From IMG/VR virus record IMGVR_UViG_2627854069_000003: 64,000 nucleotides of DNA; one strand, written 5' to 3'. A model generated the notes under the pieces. That model was given only the letters and a program-made list of their open reading frames with translations. It made no database searches and was not told the DNA's origin. The position numbers were made by a program, and so were the translations under genes. Source of the DNA: a virus. Taxonomy: Duplodnaviria; Heunggongvirae; Uroviricota; Caudoviricetes. Below are positions 27,301 through 36,956 of this stretch, in pieces; positions within the stretch are counted from its first letter, which is position 1, and each line of letters starts with the position of its first letter.

Positions 27301-28404
27301 CGCTGCCTGCGCGTTTTGAAGCTTCGCCGCAGCAGCAGCTCGATCGCCCTGCGCTTTGGCGAGCGCCGCCTGCGCCGCCTCATGCTGCTTGATCGTCTCC
27401 TCGACGAGCGCTCGCCGGGCGCCGACCCACGCTGTCGCCGCCTGTGTCGCCGCGACTGCGGATTGCCCGAAGTACACGGCGATCCGCCCGGCCGCGAGCG
27501 ATACGCCGAGCTTCACGATACCGTCGAGGTGATCCGCGACGTACGTGATCCCCTCCGCAAGCCTCGCGCTCGCGCCCGTCGCTTGATCCGACTCGCCGAT
27601 ATACTTGACGATCTCCGTCTGCAGGCGCGTCATCGTCTGCCCGACCGTCGCCTGCATTTTCTCGAACAGCGCATCCGTGCCGCCCGCCGCGCGCTTCAGC
27701 GCCTCGACGAGATTACCGACGGTCAGCTTTCCCTCTTCGGCCATCGACTTGAGCTGCGCCGAACTCTTGCCCATGCCGCGCGCGATAGCATCCGCGACGC
27801 CCGGCAACTCTTCGAGCACGCTATTCAGATCCTGACCGCGCAACTGCCCCGCCGCGAATGCTTGCCCAAGCTGCACGAGCCCCATGCGGGCAGTATCTGC
27901 CGAGACACCCGACAACGCGACCGCCTTGCTGATCGTGGTGACAAGCGGGCCGACCTGTTTGATAGACAACCCGAGATGCGACGCGTTGTTCGCGATCCGC
28001 TGATACAGCTCGGCCGTCGCGTCGAGCGGCTGCCGAGTATCGCGCGCGATGCGCAGCACATCGTTCTGCGCGACCGCGAAATCGATCTGATCCCGCGTGA
28101 CGATCCGGAGCCGGTTGCTCAAGTTCGTCCACTCGTCGGCGTACTCGATCAACTGATGCACGCCGAACGCTGCCGCGGCGGCTTGCGCGTATTCACGGAT
28201 CGAGCCGCGTGCCGCGTCGAGCGCGCGCACCGTGACCTGCACACTCGCCGCATTCGAAGCAAATGCCGCGTCTGCCGTGCGCCCGCCGTCGCGCACTGCA
28301 TTGAAATACGAGCCGGCCGTCGACGAGAGACCGCGCATGCGGCGGTCGTATTCGGTCGTATTCGCCGTGACGCTGACGATCAGCTCGCGAAGGCTCGTTG
28401 CCAT
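24340..28404 (-). CDS. tail tape measure protein
   Basis: 1354 aa, Ala/coiled-coil-rich, between the G/T chaperones and gpM. Confidence 0.9.
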   Translation of the reverse strand: MATSLRELIVSVTANTTEYDRRMRGLSSTAGSYFNAVRDGGRTADAAFASNAASVQVTVRALDAARGSIREYAQAAAAAFGVHQLIEYADEWTNLSNRLRIVTRDQIDFAVAQNDVLRIARDTRQPLDATAELYQRIANNASHLGLSIKQVGPLVTTISKAVALSGVSADTARMGLVQLGQAFAAGQLRGQDLNSVLEELPGVADAIARGMGKSSAQLKSMAEEGKLTVGNLVEALKRAAGGTDALFEKMQATVGQTMTRLQTEIVKYIGESDQATGASARLAEGITYVADHLDGIVKLGVSLAAGRIAVYFGQSAVAATQAATAWVGARRALVEETIKQHEAAQAALAKAQGDRAAAAAKLQNAQAAEAAAQAELAGMRAMRESLAMQSALTAGSIKYTEAKLAEARAVEAAAQAHVATARANVASSQEIGARIVGMPYAAIIARETAAAQQELERAEASLALAQQRRTALEAAAKQGTIDKARYTASLAETDRGLAQAERDVALATQARERAERAATASAAGLKTATESAATAQTALARTGTMMRSVGSGLLAAVGGLPGILATVGSVALGAAANWLLFRDNASSATSSLIDMQAPLDQIIDKYRQLTPLLQESERLRVEKVGRRANTDAAAGYQTLAFKATQAVMPASMDGGIAVISPEAQEAVDKFNVSLRAVEASTDSVVEKSKTRLGLIDEFVKASGGGAELRESLISAAEAIDKAEGAARKNSEALSAMGASGRDAAAGIRLLAEESNFFAGGMASEAWEKYVHKLREESDVIGMTARQKAEYEARTKGANDAQARMAGLVAGRADAYKSLEKAIADKDAKAAAGARTNIDNLTRELALMNQQMVVAKALEEFQADLSSKKFEKFGFNADAARAAAAARGQQAFDETVASAAAQTSRVSTNAAAARATKAGGVHSLESERMLDNIRQRIAQLRVEAVATDKLTQSQKDLLAFDQKVTDLRGKRKKLSDDDKSLLRDQQAIRGMYEQAAQLEKEVRYRDAINKLKERSAQIDAELGDYAAERQRDVKRELAAMSMGDNARELNQAVNRVSDEFRRRRDELTKGARKDGTLGSPEYLAEIERINTAEAEQVARERGYLEQRLALQADWRVGVKRALAVYQESAQNAAQLAEDALTSSFRNAEDALVSFATSGKLNFRGLVDSMIADLARFSARAAMSQVFGTIGSALGFGGVSDAVGALGGAASAAVGSNVYGFHLATGGAVWGPGTSTSDSIPAQLSNGEFVVRAAVVSQPGVRAHLERLNAGGRSGFARFAAGGLVGGSAGEGDSPARDGGISVSAPVSIEGGSSNPASLIAVGEFRKRLEQMIRELIQRERRQGGTLWRAQNGMAG

Positions 28405-28417
28405 AGTGTTTTCTCGC

Positions 28418-28696
28418 CTACTTTGCCATGCGCATCAGGGCGGCTTGAAACGAATCACCGCCCCCTTCCTCTGCCGTCGCGTGCTCACCGGACCATTTCG
28501 GCATCATGTCCGACACCTTGACCTTGGCACCCTGCGACTGAAACGCCGCCGCCGCGATCATCGCCGCATGCAGATCCGCACGATCGTCTGCAACCGGCGA
28601 TTCCGCGTCGAACCCGATCCAGAGACTCAGCTCGGCAGACGACATCTGCTCGCGCAGCTCGGCCAACGTCTTGCCGAGCCGCAGCGCGAGCGACAT
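28418..28696 (-). CDS. tail assembly chaperone T-segment (expressed as G-T fusion by -1 frameshift)
   Basis: Frame open upstream across an A AAA AAG slippery heptamer at 28729-28735 in the G frame. Confidence 0.5.
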   Translation of the reverse strand: MSLALRLGKTLAELREQMSSAELSLWIGFDAESPVADDRADLHAAMIAAAAFQSQGAKVKVSDMMPKWSGEHATAEEGGGDSFQAALMRMAK

Positions 28697-29166
28697 CAGG
28701 AAGCGGAGGCCTGGGGTTCGGCGGAAGGCTTTTTTGCGTCTTCAACCGGATCGACGTCGAGCTTGCCGAATTCGAGCGCCTTCACGACAATGCGGTTGTG
28801 CACGGGGCCGAACGCCGTCGCGACTGCGGTCGCGTCGCCGTCCGAGAACAGCCGTCGCCAGCCGTCCAGCGTTTCACCGAACACGACGCGAACGAACAGT
28901 CGCGCATTCGCCTGCATGTGCGCGTCGTCGCTTGCGCGCGTGAACTTCTCGCGAACAGCCATCTCGTCGTCGCCCTCCGTCACCCCGGCGATGTCCCGAA
29001 GCGCTTCGATCCAGAACATGCGGTCGCCGACGGTCGGCTCGCGCACGGCGATCTTCTCGTCGTTCCACTCCGGCACAGTCATCAGCTCGTGCCGCCAGCC
29101 GGTCAGCGGATTGAGCGCAGCGGCGCGCAGGTTCGACAGCCCTTGATTTTCGTTTTCCACGTACAT
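28696..29166 (-). CDS. tail assembly chaperone (lambda gpG-like)
   Basis: 156 aa acidic protein between the major tail gene and tape measure; slippery site near its 3' end. Confidence 0.65.
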   Translation of the reverse strand: MYVENENQGLSNLRAAALNPLTGWRHELMTVPEWNDEKIAVREPTVGDRMFWIEALRDIAGVTEGDDEMAVREKFTRASDDAHMQANARLFVRVVFGETLDGWRRLFSDGDATAVATAFGPVHNRIVVKALEFGKLDVDPVEDAKKPSAEPQASAS

Positions 29167-29186
29167 CTCCTATCTGTGCTCCGTAG

Positions 29187-29642
29187 TTAGGCCGCCGGCG
29201 GCGGCACAAGCTTCGGCGCGCCGCTCACGCGAACGCTGTACGTCGCCGAGATCAGCCCGTTGACCGACGCCGCCCACGTGTACTGACGCACCATGCCGGC
29301 GAACAGAAACTGCGATTTGTCGGCGAACGTGACGCGGAACACGTGCTTTTCACCTGTCACACGTGCGGCACGCAGAATGTTTTGCCCTTCGTCGTTCGAC
29401 TGGTAATTGCCATCGACCGAGAATTCACCCGGATCGGGTAAGCCAAGCTCGGACTCCTTTTCATCGCTCGCAAACGTCGTCGCGTCGATTTCTTCCGATT
29501 GCCCGCCCTGCCATTGAATCTGCTTGCCCGTCGCACTCAGATCGACGAACACCAGATCGGCCGCGTCGAGATCGGTCGACGCCACTTTCGAGACCTCGAC
29601 CTTGGTCCCCTGCGCCCTGGTGCGCTTGCTCTTGTCAGCCAT
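29187..29642 (-). CDS. major tail (tube) protein
   Basis: MADKSKRTRAQGTKVEVSK...; position and size. Confidence 0.65.
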   Translation of the reverse strand: MADKSKRTRAQGTKVEVSKVASTDLDAADLVFVDLSATGKQIQWQGGQSEEIDATTFASDEKESELGLPDPGEFSVDGNYQSNDEGQNILRAARVTGEKHVFRVTFADKSQFLFAGMVRQYTWAASVNGLISATYSVRVSGAPKLVPPPAA

Positions 29643-29704
29643 ATGCCCCTCACAAATGAAAATGGCCCGCACGTGGCGGGCCGATTGAATCGTTGCACTA
29701 TCGG

Positions 29705-30052
29705 TCAGAACTCGACCGAAAACTCCAAACTGACGCGAAACAGTCCTGTATCTGAGGCGTAATCGTCCGGCAATTCGTCGACGCCGCCGACCGAAAACAG
29801 ATCCTGCACCGACGTCGCCCGGTCGACCGCCAAGTCGGCAAGCCGATCGGCGTCAGTGAACGTCGGCGCGTAGCAGTCGATCTGATAGGAACCGGAACGG
29901 CCGCCGGTCAGCCCGGCGAGCGCCATGTCGAGCTCGCCGTGAACGCGCGTGACGACGAAATACGGCGCCGGCGCCTTCTGCGGCGCAACGCCGAGGTATC
30001 CCTTGGCGCCACCGATGCCCTGTAACGCATCGCGAATGACGATCGTGCTCAC
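29705..30052 (-). CDS. tail terminator (gpU-like)
   Basis: 115 aa, position between gp10-family and major tail genes. Confidence 0.55.
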   Translation of the reverse strand: MSTIVIRDALQGIGGAKGYLGVAPQKAPAPYFVVTRVHGELDMALAGLTGGRSGSYQIDCYAPTFTDADRLADLAVDRATSVQDLFSVGGVDELPDDYASDTGLFRVSLEFSVEF

Positions 30053-30471
30053 CGGCGGCCCCCCAGCGTGCGGTCGATTGCGCGCGCCAGCTCGGTGCGA
30101 ATCGCCCCTTCCGCCTCGCCGATCGACGCATCGAACGCCGGCCGCATGAACGGCTGCGCCTTCATGTACTGCGTGCCGAATTCGTCGAAGCGCCAGTAAA
30201 ACGCGTTGCTCGGCGAATCGGCCTTGCCCTTCGACCGGACACGTACGCCTGCTGTCGCCAAGCCCGGAGCGTCTTTCTGCCGAAGTGCTGCTGAGACGAT
30301 ATTGCGGCGCAGCTTCCCGGTTTTCTTCGGTGCGCGCTTACGCGCCTCGTCGCGTATCACCTTCGCACCGGCCACCGTCGCGCGCCGCAGCGCCTTCGTC
30401 GACTGCGATTTCGCAAGCTTCTCGAAATCCGCACGCAGGTCGGCGAGCCCGACAATCTGAATGCTAGACAT
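30049..30471 (-). CDS. HK97 gp10-family tail-completion/head-tail joining protein
   Basis: MSSIQIVGLADLRADFEKLAKS...RATVAGAKVIRDEARKRAP typical family N-terminus. Confidence 0.7.
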   Translation of the reverse strand: MSSIQIVGLADLRADFEKLAKSQSTKALRRATVAGAKVIRDEARKRAPKKTGKLRRNIVSAALRQKDAPGLATAGVRVRSKGKADSPSNAFYWRFDEFGTQYMKAQPFMRPAFDASIGEAEGAIRTELARAIDRTLGGRR

Positions 30472-30799
30472 ACTTTTCTCCCACCTTCACCGACAGGTCG
30501 AGATACCCTTTCGCACGGTTCGGCAGCACTGCGACGATGTCGTAAATTTGATCGCCGTATCGAACCCGCATTTCACTATCGACATCGAGTCGGAATCGAA
30601 TCCTCATGCTCGCGACGGCGGAGCTACGGACAGCCCCCGAGACGACGTACTCCTTCCCACTCAGAAACCGCACATTCGCCCAAACGCTTGCATGCACCAC
30701 CCAGTCATTGGGCAAAGGCTCACCGTTCTCGTTTTCACCGCCTCCGCGCTTCTCAAGCGAAATTCTCTCTGTCAGATCGCCAGATCTCAGCATGATCAA
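30464..30799 (-). CDS. head-tail adaptor / head closure protein
   Basis: 111 aa, gene order. Confidence 0.6.
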   Translation of the reverse strand: MIMLRSGDLTERISLEKRGGGENENGEPLPNDWVVHASVWANVRFLSGKEYVVSGAVRSSAVASMRIRFRLDVDSEMRVRYGDQIYDIVAVLPNRAKGYLDLSVKVGEKYV

Positions 30800-31161
30800 A
30801 CCCCGAGGCCCGTACGGTATGGGAACAACAGTGCCTTCGCCCCACTCGGAAGTTCCATGACGCTCGCGGACGTGCCCGCAACGACATCCTCGCGATAGGC
30901 GTATAGCTTGCCGATCGTCAGCAGAATTGCTGTGCGAATCACATCATTTGCAACCACCGGATCGTCATCTGTGGTTTGTTCTGCTATCGCCGCCTGCATT
31001 TCCTCATCGTTCGCGTAGATCTTGCGGTCGATGTAGTCCGATGCAGACTGCGTCGCTGCGTTGATGTAGATCCTGATGAGGTCGTCTGCGACACCTTCAT
31101 CCTCCCGCAGGTGCGCGAGCGCCAACTCGAGCGAGACAATGGGCGTTTGACCTTTCATCAA
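30796..31161 (-). CDS. head-tail connector (gp6-like) protein
   Basis: 121 aa acidic protein after the capsid gene. Confidence 0.6.
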   Translation of the reverse strand: MMKGQTPIVSLELALAHLREDEGVADDLIRIYINAATQSASDYIDRKIYANDEEMQAAIAEQTTDDDPVVANDVIRTAILLTIGKLYAYREDVVAGTSASVMELPSGAKALLFPYRTGLGV

Positions 31162-31386
31162 TTACGTCCGCCCTTTGTTTTGCGGCGCAGCGGCCTTCTT
31201 GTTCGCAGGCGCCGGGGCCACGGCCTTCGATTCCGGCGGATCAGCGTCGCGAACGAGGCCATTTGCCCGCAGCTCGGCCGCACGTTGACGCGAAACCGGA
31301 TATGGCGCGCTCGCCGGGTTCTTGTCCCCGTCCACGCCGCCGTATGTGCGTATGGGCTTCACCCACACTTGATTCGGGTTGTTCAT
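31162..31386 (-). CDS. small phage protein (possible head decoration/scaffold remnant)
   Basis: 74 aa MNNPNQVWVKPIRTYGG... ATG verified at 31386. Confidence 0.4.
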   Translation of the reverse strand: MNNPNQVWVKPIRTYGGVDGDKNPASAPYPVSRQRAAELRANGLVRDADPPESKAVAPAPANKKAAAPQNKGRT

Positions 31387-31448
31387 CGTCAGCACCGTGA
31401 TAAAAAATGGCCACCCAAAGGTGGCCGCTGTCAGTTGCGAAACGCCGA

Positions 31449-32711
31449 TCAGTTGCCGGCTTTCTCCGCCAACGAACCGGTCACGAACGATTCCGGGCGG
31501 TAGACCGCAAGCGCCAGACGCTCCTCGGCGCGGATCGACACCATGTTCTTTTCGAAATCGTCGACGTTCTCGGTCGACAGCAGAACCTCGATCTCCATGC
31601 GATCGAAAATCTGCGCCGCCATCGAGAAGGCGCCGACGAGGAATTCGTTCGCCGTCATGGCTTGCGTCTCGACGACCGGCAGATTCCACAGTCGCGGCGT
31701 CGTACCGTTGACCGGATTGCCGACGATATAGCGCCCCTGGGCGTCCTTCGTCAGCTCGATCGATGCCCAGTCGATGGGATTCAGGACGATCCCGGTCGCC
31801 GGGAATTCGGCGAGAACCGCCTGCAGAAGCGCCAGACGAATCCTGTCGATCGGCGTCGCATTCGTGAGCGTGATGGACGGCGCGAATGCCGACGCTTGCG
31901 GCAAGATGCCGAGGATGTTCGCTCCCGTGCCGTCACCCTTGAGCAGTTGATTTTCCTCGGCGAGTTGGAGGCCATACCGGGCGCGGCCGTCGATGTACGA
32001 CTGCAGCGCCGGCGCATCGTCGAGAATTTGGCGCGACGCCTTGAACAGATGCGCGATCGTGCGAACCGGCTGGTTCTTCAGGTTGAACGTCAGATCCGAA
32101 GTCGGCTTCTGCGCACCCTCGGCGACTGTCGCGGCGTTGTTCGTGAAGCCGGTTTCGACGGTGTACTCGATGCTGCTCGACGACGTTTGGCCGGGCATGA
32201 GCAGATTGCGAATCGTCATCTGCCGCTGCGGCGGAGCGATGATCCCGGCTTGACGGTCTGCCGCGACCAGCGAGTTGCTGCCGCTGACGCCGGCACCGAC
32301 CGTTGCCGGTACGTTCATGATGCTCTTGCGATCGACGCGAACGCGCACCGACTTGCGCGCGCTTCCGTCCATCCCCTTCATCTCCTCGGATTCGGTCACG
32401 AGTTGACCAAGCGTCTTCGGCACTTCGGGTTCGGCGCTACCGCCGCCGCGAGCCAGCTTTTGCTCGGCCTCCAGCAGGCGGGCTTGGAGTTCACCTTGCT
32501 TGATCAACAGCTCGTCGACCGTGGCTTTCGTTTCTGCGCCCAGGTCCCCAGCCTTCTTCGCTTCAGCGAGCGCCTTCTCGCCGGCGGATTTCACTTCGTC
32601 GCCGATGCGCTTGAGTTCCTTCGTGACGGTTTCGAGCACTTGCTCCGCGTGCGAGTCGCTACCGCTCTTGCGGCCGAACTGTCGCGGTTCGTTCATGTGA
32701 CCCATGTTCAT
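31449..32711 (-). CDS. major capsid protein, HK97 family
   Basis: 420 aa with the scaffold-like N-terminal delta domain (coiled coil KALAEAKKAGDLGAETKATVDELLIKQGELQ). Confidence 0.9.
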   Translation of the reverse strand: MNMGHMNEPRQFGRKSGSDSHAEQVLETVTKELKRIGDEVKSAGEKALAEAKKAGDLGAETKATVDELLIKQGELQARLLEAEQKLARGGGSAEPEVPKTLGQLVTESEEMKGMDGSARKSVRVRVDRKSIMNVPATVGAGVSGSNSLVAADRQAGIIAPPQRQMTIRNLLMPGQTSSSSIEYTVETGFTNNAATVAEGAQKPTSDLTFNLKNQPVRTIAHLFKASRQILDDAPALQSYIDGRARYGLQLAEENQLLKGDGTGANILGILPQASAFAPSITLTNATPIDRIRLALLQAVLAEFPATGIVLNPIDWASIELTKDAQGRYIVGNPVNGTTPRLWNLPVVETQAMTANEFLVGAFSMAAQIFDRMEIEVLLSTENVDDFEKNMVSIRAEERLALAVYRPESFVTGSLAEKAGN

Positions 32712-33394
32712 TCCTTGAAAGTAAGAGATTTGAGGCCGTCCAGCAGCCGATTCACGTCGTTCGCCACGTCACCAGACTCACTCTGGAGCAGATGTTTCAG
32801 GCCGCGATTGGCGATAACCGCGGCCATGGACTTCGAGAAGCCTGCCTCGCGCAGGAACCGCTCGAATTCCGGAAGTGACGGCAATCCGCCGTGCGCGATG
32901 ATCGATTTCACTGCGTCGATTCGCGCATCAGCGTTTGCCGGATTAGTAACGATGCTGATCTCGACCAGATCGACTTCGTTCAGCGTGCGAATCCCCGTTT
33001 TTTCGTTGTAATCCGACGAAAGCACGTAGTAGCCGATCGACAGTCCCGTGATGGCCTTTGCTTTCATTCCTCGATACGCGATCTTTGCATTCGGCGCTTC
33101 GTCGATCCACAGATCGCCATCGCCGTAGAGGCCCTTGTCGTCCTCCTTGAGGTTGGTCCACGATCCGATCGGCGTATACGAGTCGTGCTGCCACAGGATC
33201 GGCAATGCCCGGCCACTCTTCTTGAGCGCCGCGAGACTATTGGAGAAGGCTCCCGGAGCGACAATCTCCTGGTAGCTGTCGACGACCCCAAACACCGACC
33301 CATACCCCGAAAACTCGCCGGCGTCGTCGACCGACTTGACATCGAGATCGAAGGCACGGACCTTATAGCCGCCCTTACTGCTCTTGCGCTGCAT
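32708..33394 (-). CDS. prohead serine protease, HK97 family
   Basis: 228 aa, ILWQHD..., position between portal and capsid. Confidence 0.85.
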   Translation of the reverse strand: MQRKSSKGGYKVRAFDLDVKSVDDAGEFSGYGSVFGVVDSYQEIVAPGAFSNSLAALKKSGRALPILWQHDSYTPIGSWTNLKEDDKGLYGDGDLWIDEAPNAKIAYRGMKAKAITGLSIGYYVLSSDYNEKTGIRTLNEVDLVEISIVTNPANADARIDAVKSIIAHGGLPSLPEFERFLREAGFSKSMAAVIANRGLKHLLQSESGDVANDVNRLLDGLKSLTFKE

Positions 33395-34688
33395 GTGTTT
33401 TTTCCTCCTGGGAGAGCCACGCTTTCAAGGCATCTTGCGCAGCCGCAGCGGCCGTCCTCTCGCCTAGTTTGTCGATAGGGAGCAACGCTGACTGAACCGT
33501 CAGCACTGCGGCATTGCCATCCATCGGCGGCAAGTTTTCCTTCGCTCGACACTCATCACGCGTCATGATCCCGTTCTGAGTCATCGTTGAATAGAAGCTC
33601 GCACGCCCTGCACTATCTGCACGGAGCAGACCCTCGACGGAGAACTGGGCGAAGTACTTCGTGCGTTCCTGCGGCGTGAGGCAACCTCGTCGGATAGCCT
33701 GCTCGATACGCGTCAGCCAAGGGCGCAGCGCGAAGGTGAGAAAGCCGATCATCTGTTGCTCGATACCGGTCCCCCAACTGGTCGATTTTTCGCTGTGCCC
33801 CACCATGAACGGTGGAACGCGGAACCAACGGCAGATTTCCTCGACGTTGAACGCCTTTGTCTCAAGCAACTGGACGTCACCCGGGTTCATGGTGATCGCC
33901 TGGTATTTCATGCCCGCTTCCAGCACCATCGTCTTACCAGCCTGCATCGCGCCGCCGAACTGCGCGGCAAGGCTCCCGCGAATCTCTTCCCGCTTGTCCT
34001 TTTGCAAAACCTGGTCCGTCGATAGGACGCCAGACGGACGCAGTCCGTTCTTGAATACGCTGCTGCTCGTCTTGTTCGCCGCGATTGCATTGCCGAATAC
34101 CTCACGCGCATAGGCAATCACGGACACCCCCATCCAGCCGTTCAGGCTGAATCCTCGGAAATGCAGGACATCGTCCTCGGTGAGCACAAGTCCGCTGCCG
34201 TCGATGTCGCGATAGGTGTACTGCAGTGCGCCTGTCGTGAGTCGCTTTACCGTCATGCGCTGCGGCAACATCAGTTCGAGACCGATGATCGTTCCGGCCG
34301 ACCGCAGCTTGCGGGCATATCCGTTTCCCCACAGCAACATCGAAGCGACGATGACTTCCCAGAATTCAACCGCGGTGTTGTCCGCGTTCGGCTGGTTGTG
34401 GAGCACTTCGTAAAGCTGATGCGAGATCGCAAGTGACCGCGTGCCGTCGGCCCCCTTCTGGTGCAGGTTGAGCGGTAGCGTCGCCACCGTTTCGGCAATG
34501 AGACGCACGCACGCCCATGCCGCTGACAACTGCATCGCTGAATCGACCGTGACCGTTTCGCCACTCGACGACTCGAGCCCACCCCACGCTGACCAGAATG
34601 AGCCATCTGTGAGCGAAATCGGCACGCCGAGCCACTTCAGGATGCCGGACTTGATGCGCCCTGGCGCCTTTTGCTTGCTTTGGCTCAT
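33375..34688 (-). CDS. portal protein, HK97 family
   Basis: Start MSQSKQKAPGRIKSGILKW directly after the terminase stop. Confidence 0.85.
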   Translation of the reverse strand: MSQSKQKAPGRIKSGILKWLGVPISLTDGSFWSAWGGLESSSGETVTVDSAMQLSAAWACVRLIAETVATLPLNLHQKGADGTRSLAISHQLYEVLHNQPNADNTAVEFWEVIVASMLLWGNGYARKLRSAGTIIGLELMLPQRMTVKRLTTGALQYTYRDIDGSGLVLTEDDVLHFRGFSLNGWMGVSVIAYAREVFGNAIAANKTSSSVFKNGLRPSGVLSTDQVLQKDKREEIRGSLAAQFGGAMQAGKTMVLEAGMKYQAITMNPGDVQLLETKAFNVEEICRWFRVPPFMVGHSEKSTSWGTGIEQQMIGFLTFALRPWLTRIEQAIRRGCLTPQERTKYFAQFSVEGLLRADSAGRASFYSTMTQNGIMTRDECRAKENLPPMDGNAAVLTVQSALLPIDKLGERTAAAAAQDALKAWLSQEEKTHAAQEQ

Positions 34689-36358
34689 ACGATGATGGGA
34701 CTCTCGAAGAATTCGTGAATACTTGAACGACTGTCGGGATTCAACGCCATGAGGGAAATCGCGTTGAACATGGCCATCAGCGGATCGATCTTCCCAGTCC
34801 CCGACACCTGTTTCGTGATATTCACGGCGTTTCCGACCGGCACAACACGTGCATTTCCGACGCACCACCCCATCAAATCCTGACCGCCATGCACCAGAAC
34901 GCCTTCGGCGAGTTTGCGCTCGGCGGTTTTGATCGCGCCGGACAGTTTCCACCCCTGCGATATCCCAATGACCTTGTCCTGCGGCACCTCCGCCTCGACC
35001 AGAGCATCGAGTACCCCTCCGATGCCGGCCGGATCGACTCCCACTCGGTCGAGTAGCCCGGCGCGCTCGATAGTCGCGACGATTTCAGCAACATCGGTCA
35101 CGTCGTCGCCGATCTGGCTCACAACGGTGAGATCGCCCGCACTCTCGAAGTCGCGCAACCGCGGCGCAATCTCTTTCCGCCGCTCGAACACGGAGAAATG
35201 CGCCCAGGCATGCGTCCACAGCAGCCAACGCCGGGTATCTCGCTCACGACCGATGACAGCAACCCCGAGCAAGTCGTCCAGGCCGCCGCCATCAATGCCG
35301 ACGTCGATTACCTCGCTGCGGTCGATCACTTCTTCGAGAGAGATTCGCGGCACACGCACCGCAACCTCCCAGAATTCCGCCCCGGCCCAGCGATCGGACC
35401 GGAGGTTCATGCCGATCTCGATGTTCAGGTGTTTGGCGAGGAACTGCTGAAACGACCCGTCGGTTTTCGATCGATTCTTTGTGAGCTGATCCTCAAGCCA
35501 TTCGGCGCTAACTGATCGACCGAGGTTGGGGTTCGTGATGTAGTAGTTGCGCGGATCGAGATACGCCTTCGTCTCGATCATCTTGGCAGGGAACTCGTAC
35601 AGCACGCCGAGCGACTTCCTGTCGTCGATCTTGCCGTCCCGGACGTCGCGGTAGTACTGCAACTTCTCCCTGAACACCCCGGCGGGCGGCTCGTCGCTTT
35701 GCGTCGACAGATAGATCACCCATCCTTCGTCGCGCGACACCTGACCGCCAGTGGCCTCCATGAACATGGCTTCAGCATTGGCCCGTTTCCCGAACACCCA
35801 GTGCTCATCGACGAGGATTCGACCGGACTTCTTGCCCGATACCGTATCGGTATCGGCAGCCACAACCTTCAGCGTGGCTCGACTGACACGATGCGTGATC
35901 GTGCGGATGTGATCCTGAATATGGAACAGCGCAGATAGCTCCTCGTCTGCGCGGATCATGCCCGCCGCTGGCTTGAAGCTGTTGTCGGCAACTTCCTTCG
36001 TAGGAGCGAGAATCAGGTGCTCCTCTTCCTCGCGCCAGCACAAAATGACGGCCGTCAGCATGATCCCGGCCGCAATTGTTGATTTCGTGTTCTTCTTGCT
36101 GATGAGCAGGAAGAACTCACGAATCAGCTGCTTGCCCGTATCGGCGTCGTACGCGCCGAAGATTGCGGCTACGAAATCGAATACCCATTGCTCGCTGCAC
36201 TCGCCAAACGTCGGCTTGCCGGGAAGATCGCTAACCCGCAGCTCTTTGAAGATCGCGACCGCTTGCTCCGCCTGGTCCGGGAAAATCGGTGGCGGAATGA
36301 TCGATCGACGCTCGATCAACCTCGTTTCCCAATCCGGGCATGCCGTTGTCCATTCCAT
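34685..36358 (-). CDS. terminase large subunit
   Basis: 557 aa; Walker-type N-terminal region and nuclease C-terminal region. Confidence 0.9.
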   Translation of the reverse strand: MEWTTACPDWETRLIERRSIIPPPIFPDQAEQAVAIFKELRVSDLPGKPTFGECSEQWVFDFVAAIFGAYDADTGKQLIREFFLLISKKNTKSTIAAGIMLTAVILCWREEEEHLILAPTKEVADNSFKPAAGMIRADEELSALFHIQDHIRTITHRVSRATLKVVAADTDTVSGKKSGRILVDEHWVFGKRANAEAMFMEATGGQVSRDEGWVIYLSTQSDEPPAGVFREKLQYYRDVRDGKIDDRKSLGVLYEFPAKMIETKAYLDPRNYYITNPNLGRSVSAEWLEDQLTKNRSKTDGSFQQFLAKHLNIEIGMNLRSDRWAGAEFWEVAVRVPRISLEEVIDRSEVIDVGIDGGGLDDLLGVAVIGRERDTRRWLLWTHAWAHFSVFERRKEIAPRLRDFESAGDLTVVSQIGDDVTDVAEIVATIERAGLLDRVGVDPAGIGGVLDALVEAEVPQDKVIGISQGWKLSGAIKTAERKLAEGVLVHGGQDLMGWCVGNARVVPVGNAVNITKQVSGTGKIDPLMAMFNAISLMALNPDSRSSIHEFFESPIIV

Positions 36359-36837
36359 CAGTCGACCTTCTTGCCACCGTTAGCGACCAACCGTGGCGGA
36401 GCCGCCGGCGCGAATCGACCCGCGGCCTTCTTCGCCGCCTCGGCGCTCTGCTCCTTCTTGCCCCCCTCGCCGAGCTTCTTATGCACGAACGGCATCAGCG
36501 CCTTCGCCGCGTCGATACGCAGCTTCGGCTCGGTTCGCGAATCGTTCATGGCTGCGAGAAGAAACGCCTTCGGGTCAGTGAAGTTCGTCATCGCGTCCAG
36601 GTCGAAGCTGGCCGGCTTCTGCGGCGGCGGCGACTGCGGCGCGTCTCCAACGACCCCGGATTCCGACTGCACTCGATTCGCGGCGAGATACAGGACCACA
36701 TCCTTGTCTTTAACAAGGCGCGATCCGGCCGACGATGCCGTCGCGGGGCTGTAGCCTGCCGCGATAGCCGCGTCCTTATTGGACTTGCCGGCTAAAACAG
36801 CGTCGGCGAACTTCCGCTTTTTCGCTGTTAAAGCCAT
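36358..36837 (-). CDS. terminase small subunit
   Basis: MALTAKKRKFADAVLAGKSNKDAAIAAGYS typical small terminase N-terminus. Confidence 0.7.
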   Translation of the reverse strand: MALTAKKRKFADAVLAGKSNKDAAIAAGYSPATASSAGSRLVKDKDVVLYLAANRVQSESGVVGDAPQSPPPQKPASFDLDAMTNFTDPKAFLLAAMNDSRTEPKLRIDAAKALMPFVHKKLGEGGKKEQSAEAAKKAAGRFAPAAPPRLVANGGKKVD

Positions 36838-36956
36838 TAACAAAATCCTGAAAAGGGGAAATTTTCTGCGCGTGGGGGAGGGATCGGTGTCCAGCGATAC
36901 GGGCCGCCAGAGATTTACCTCCCCCCACCCCGCCAACAAATGAGAATAGATCGCGC

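Noticed and set aside
26581-28521. 646-aa plus-strand ORF
   Set aside because: Antisense to the tape-measure gene; Arg-rich artefact
31407-33011. 534-aa plus-strand ORF
   Set aside because: Antisense to the capsid and protease genes
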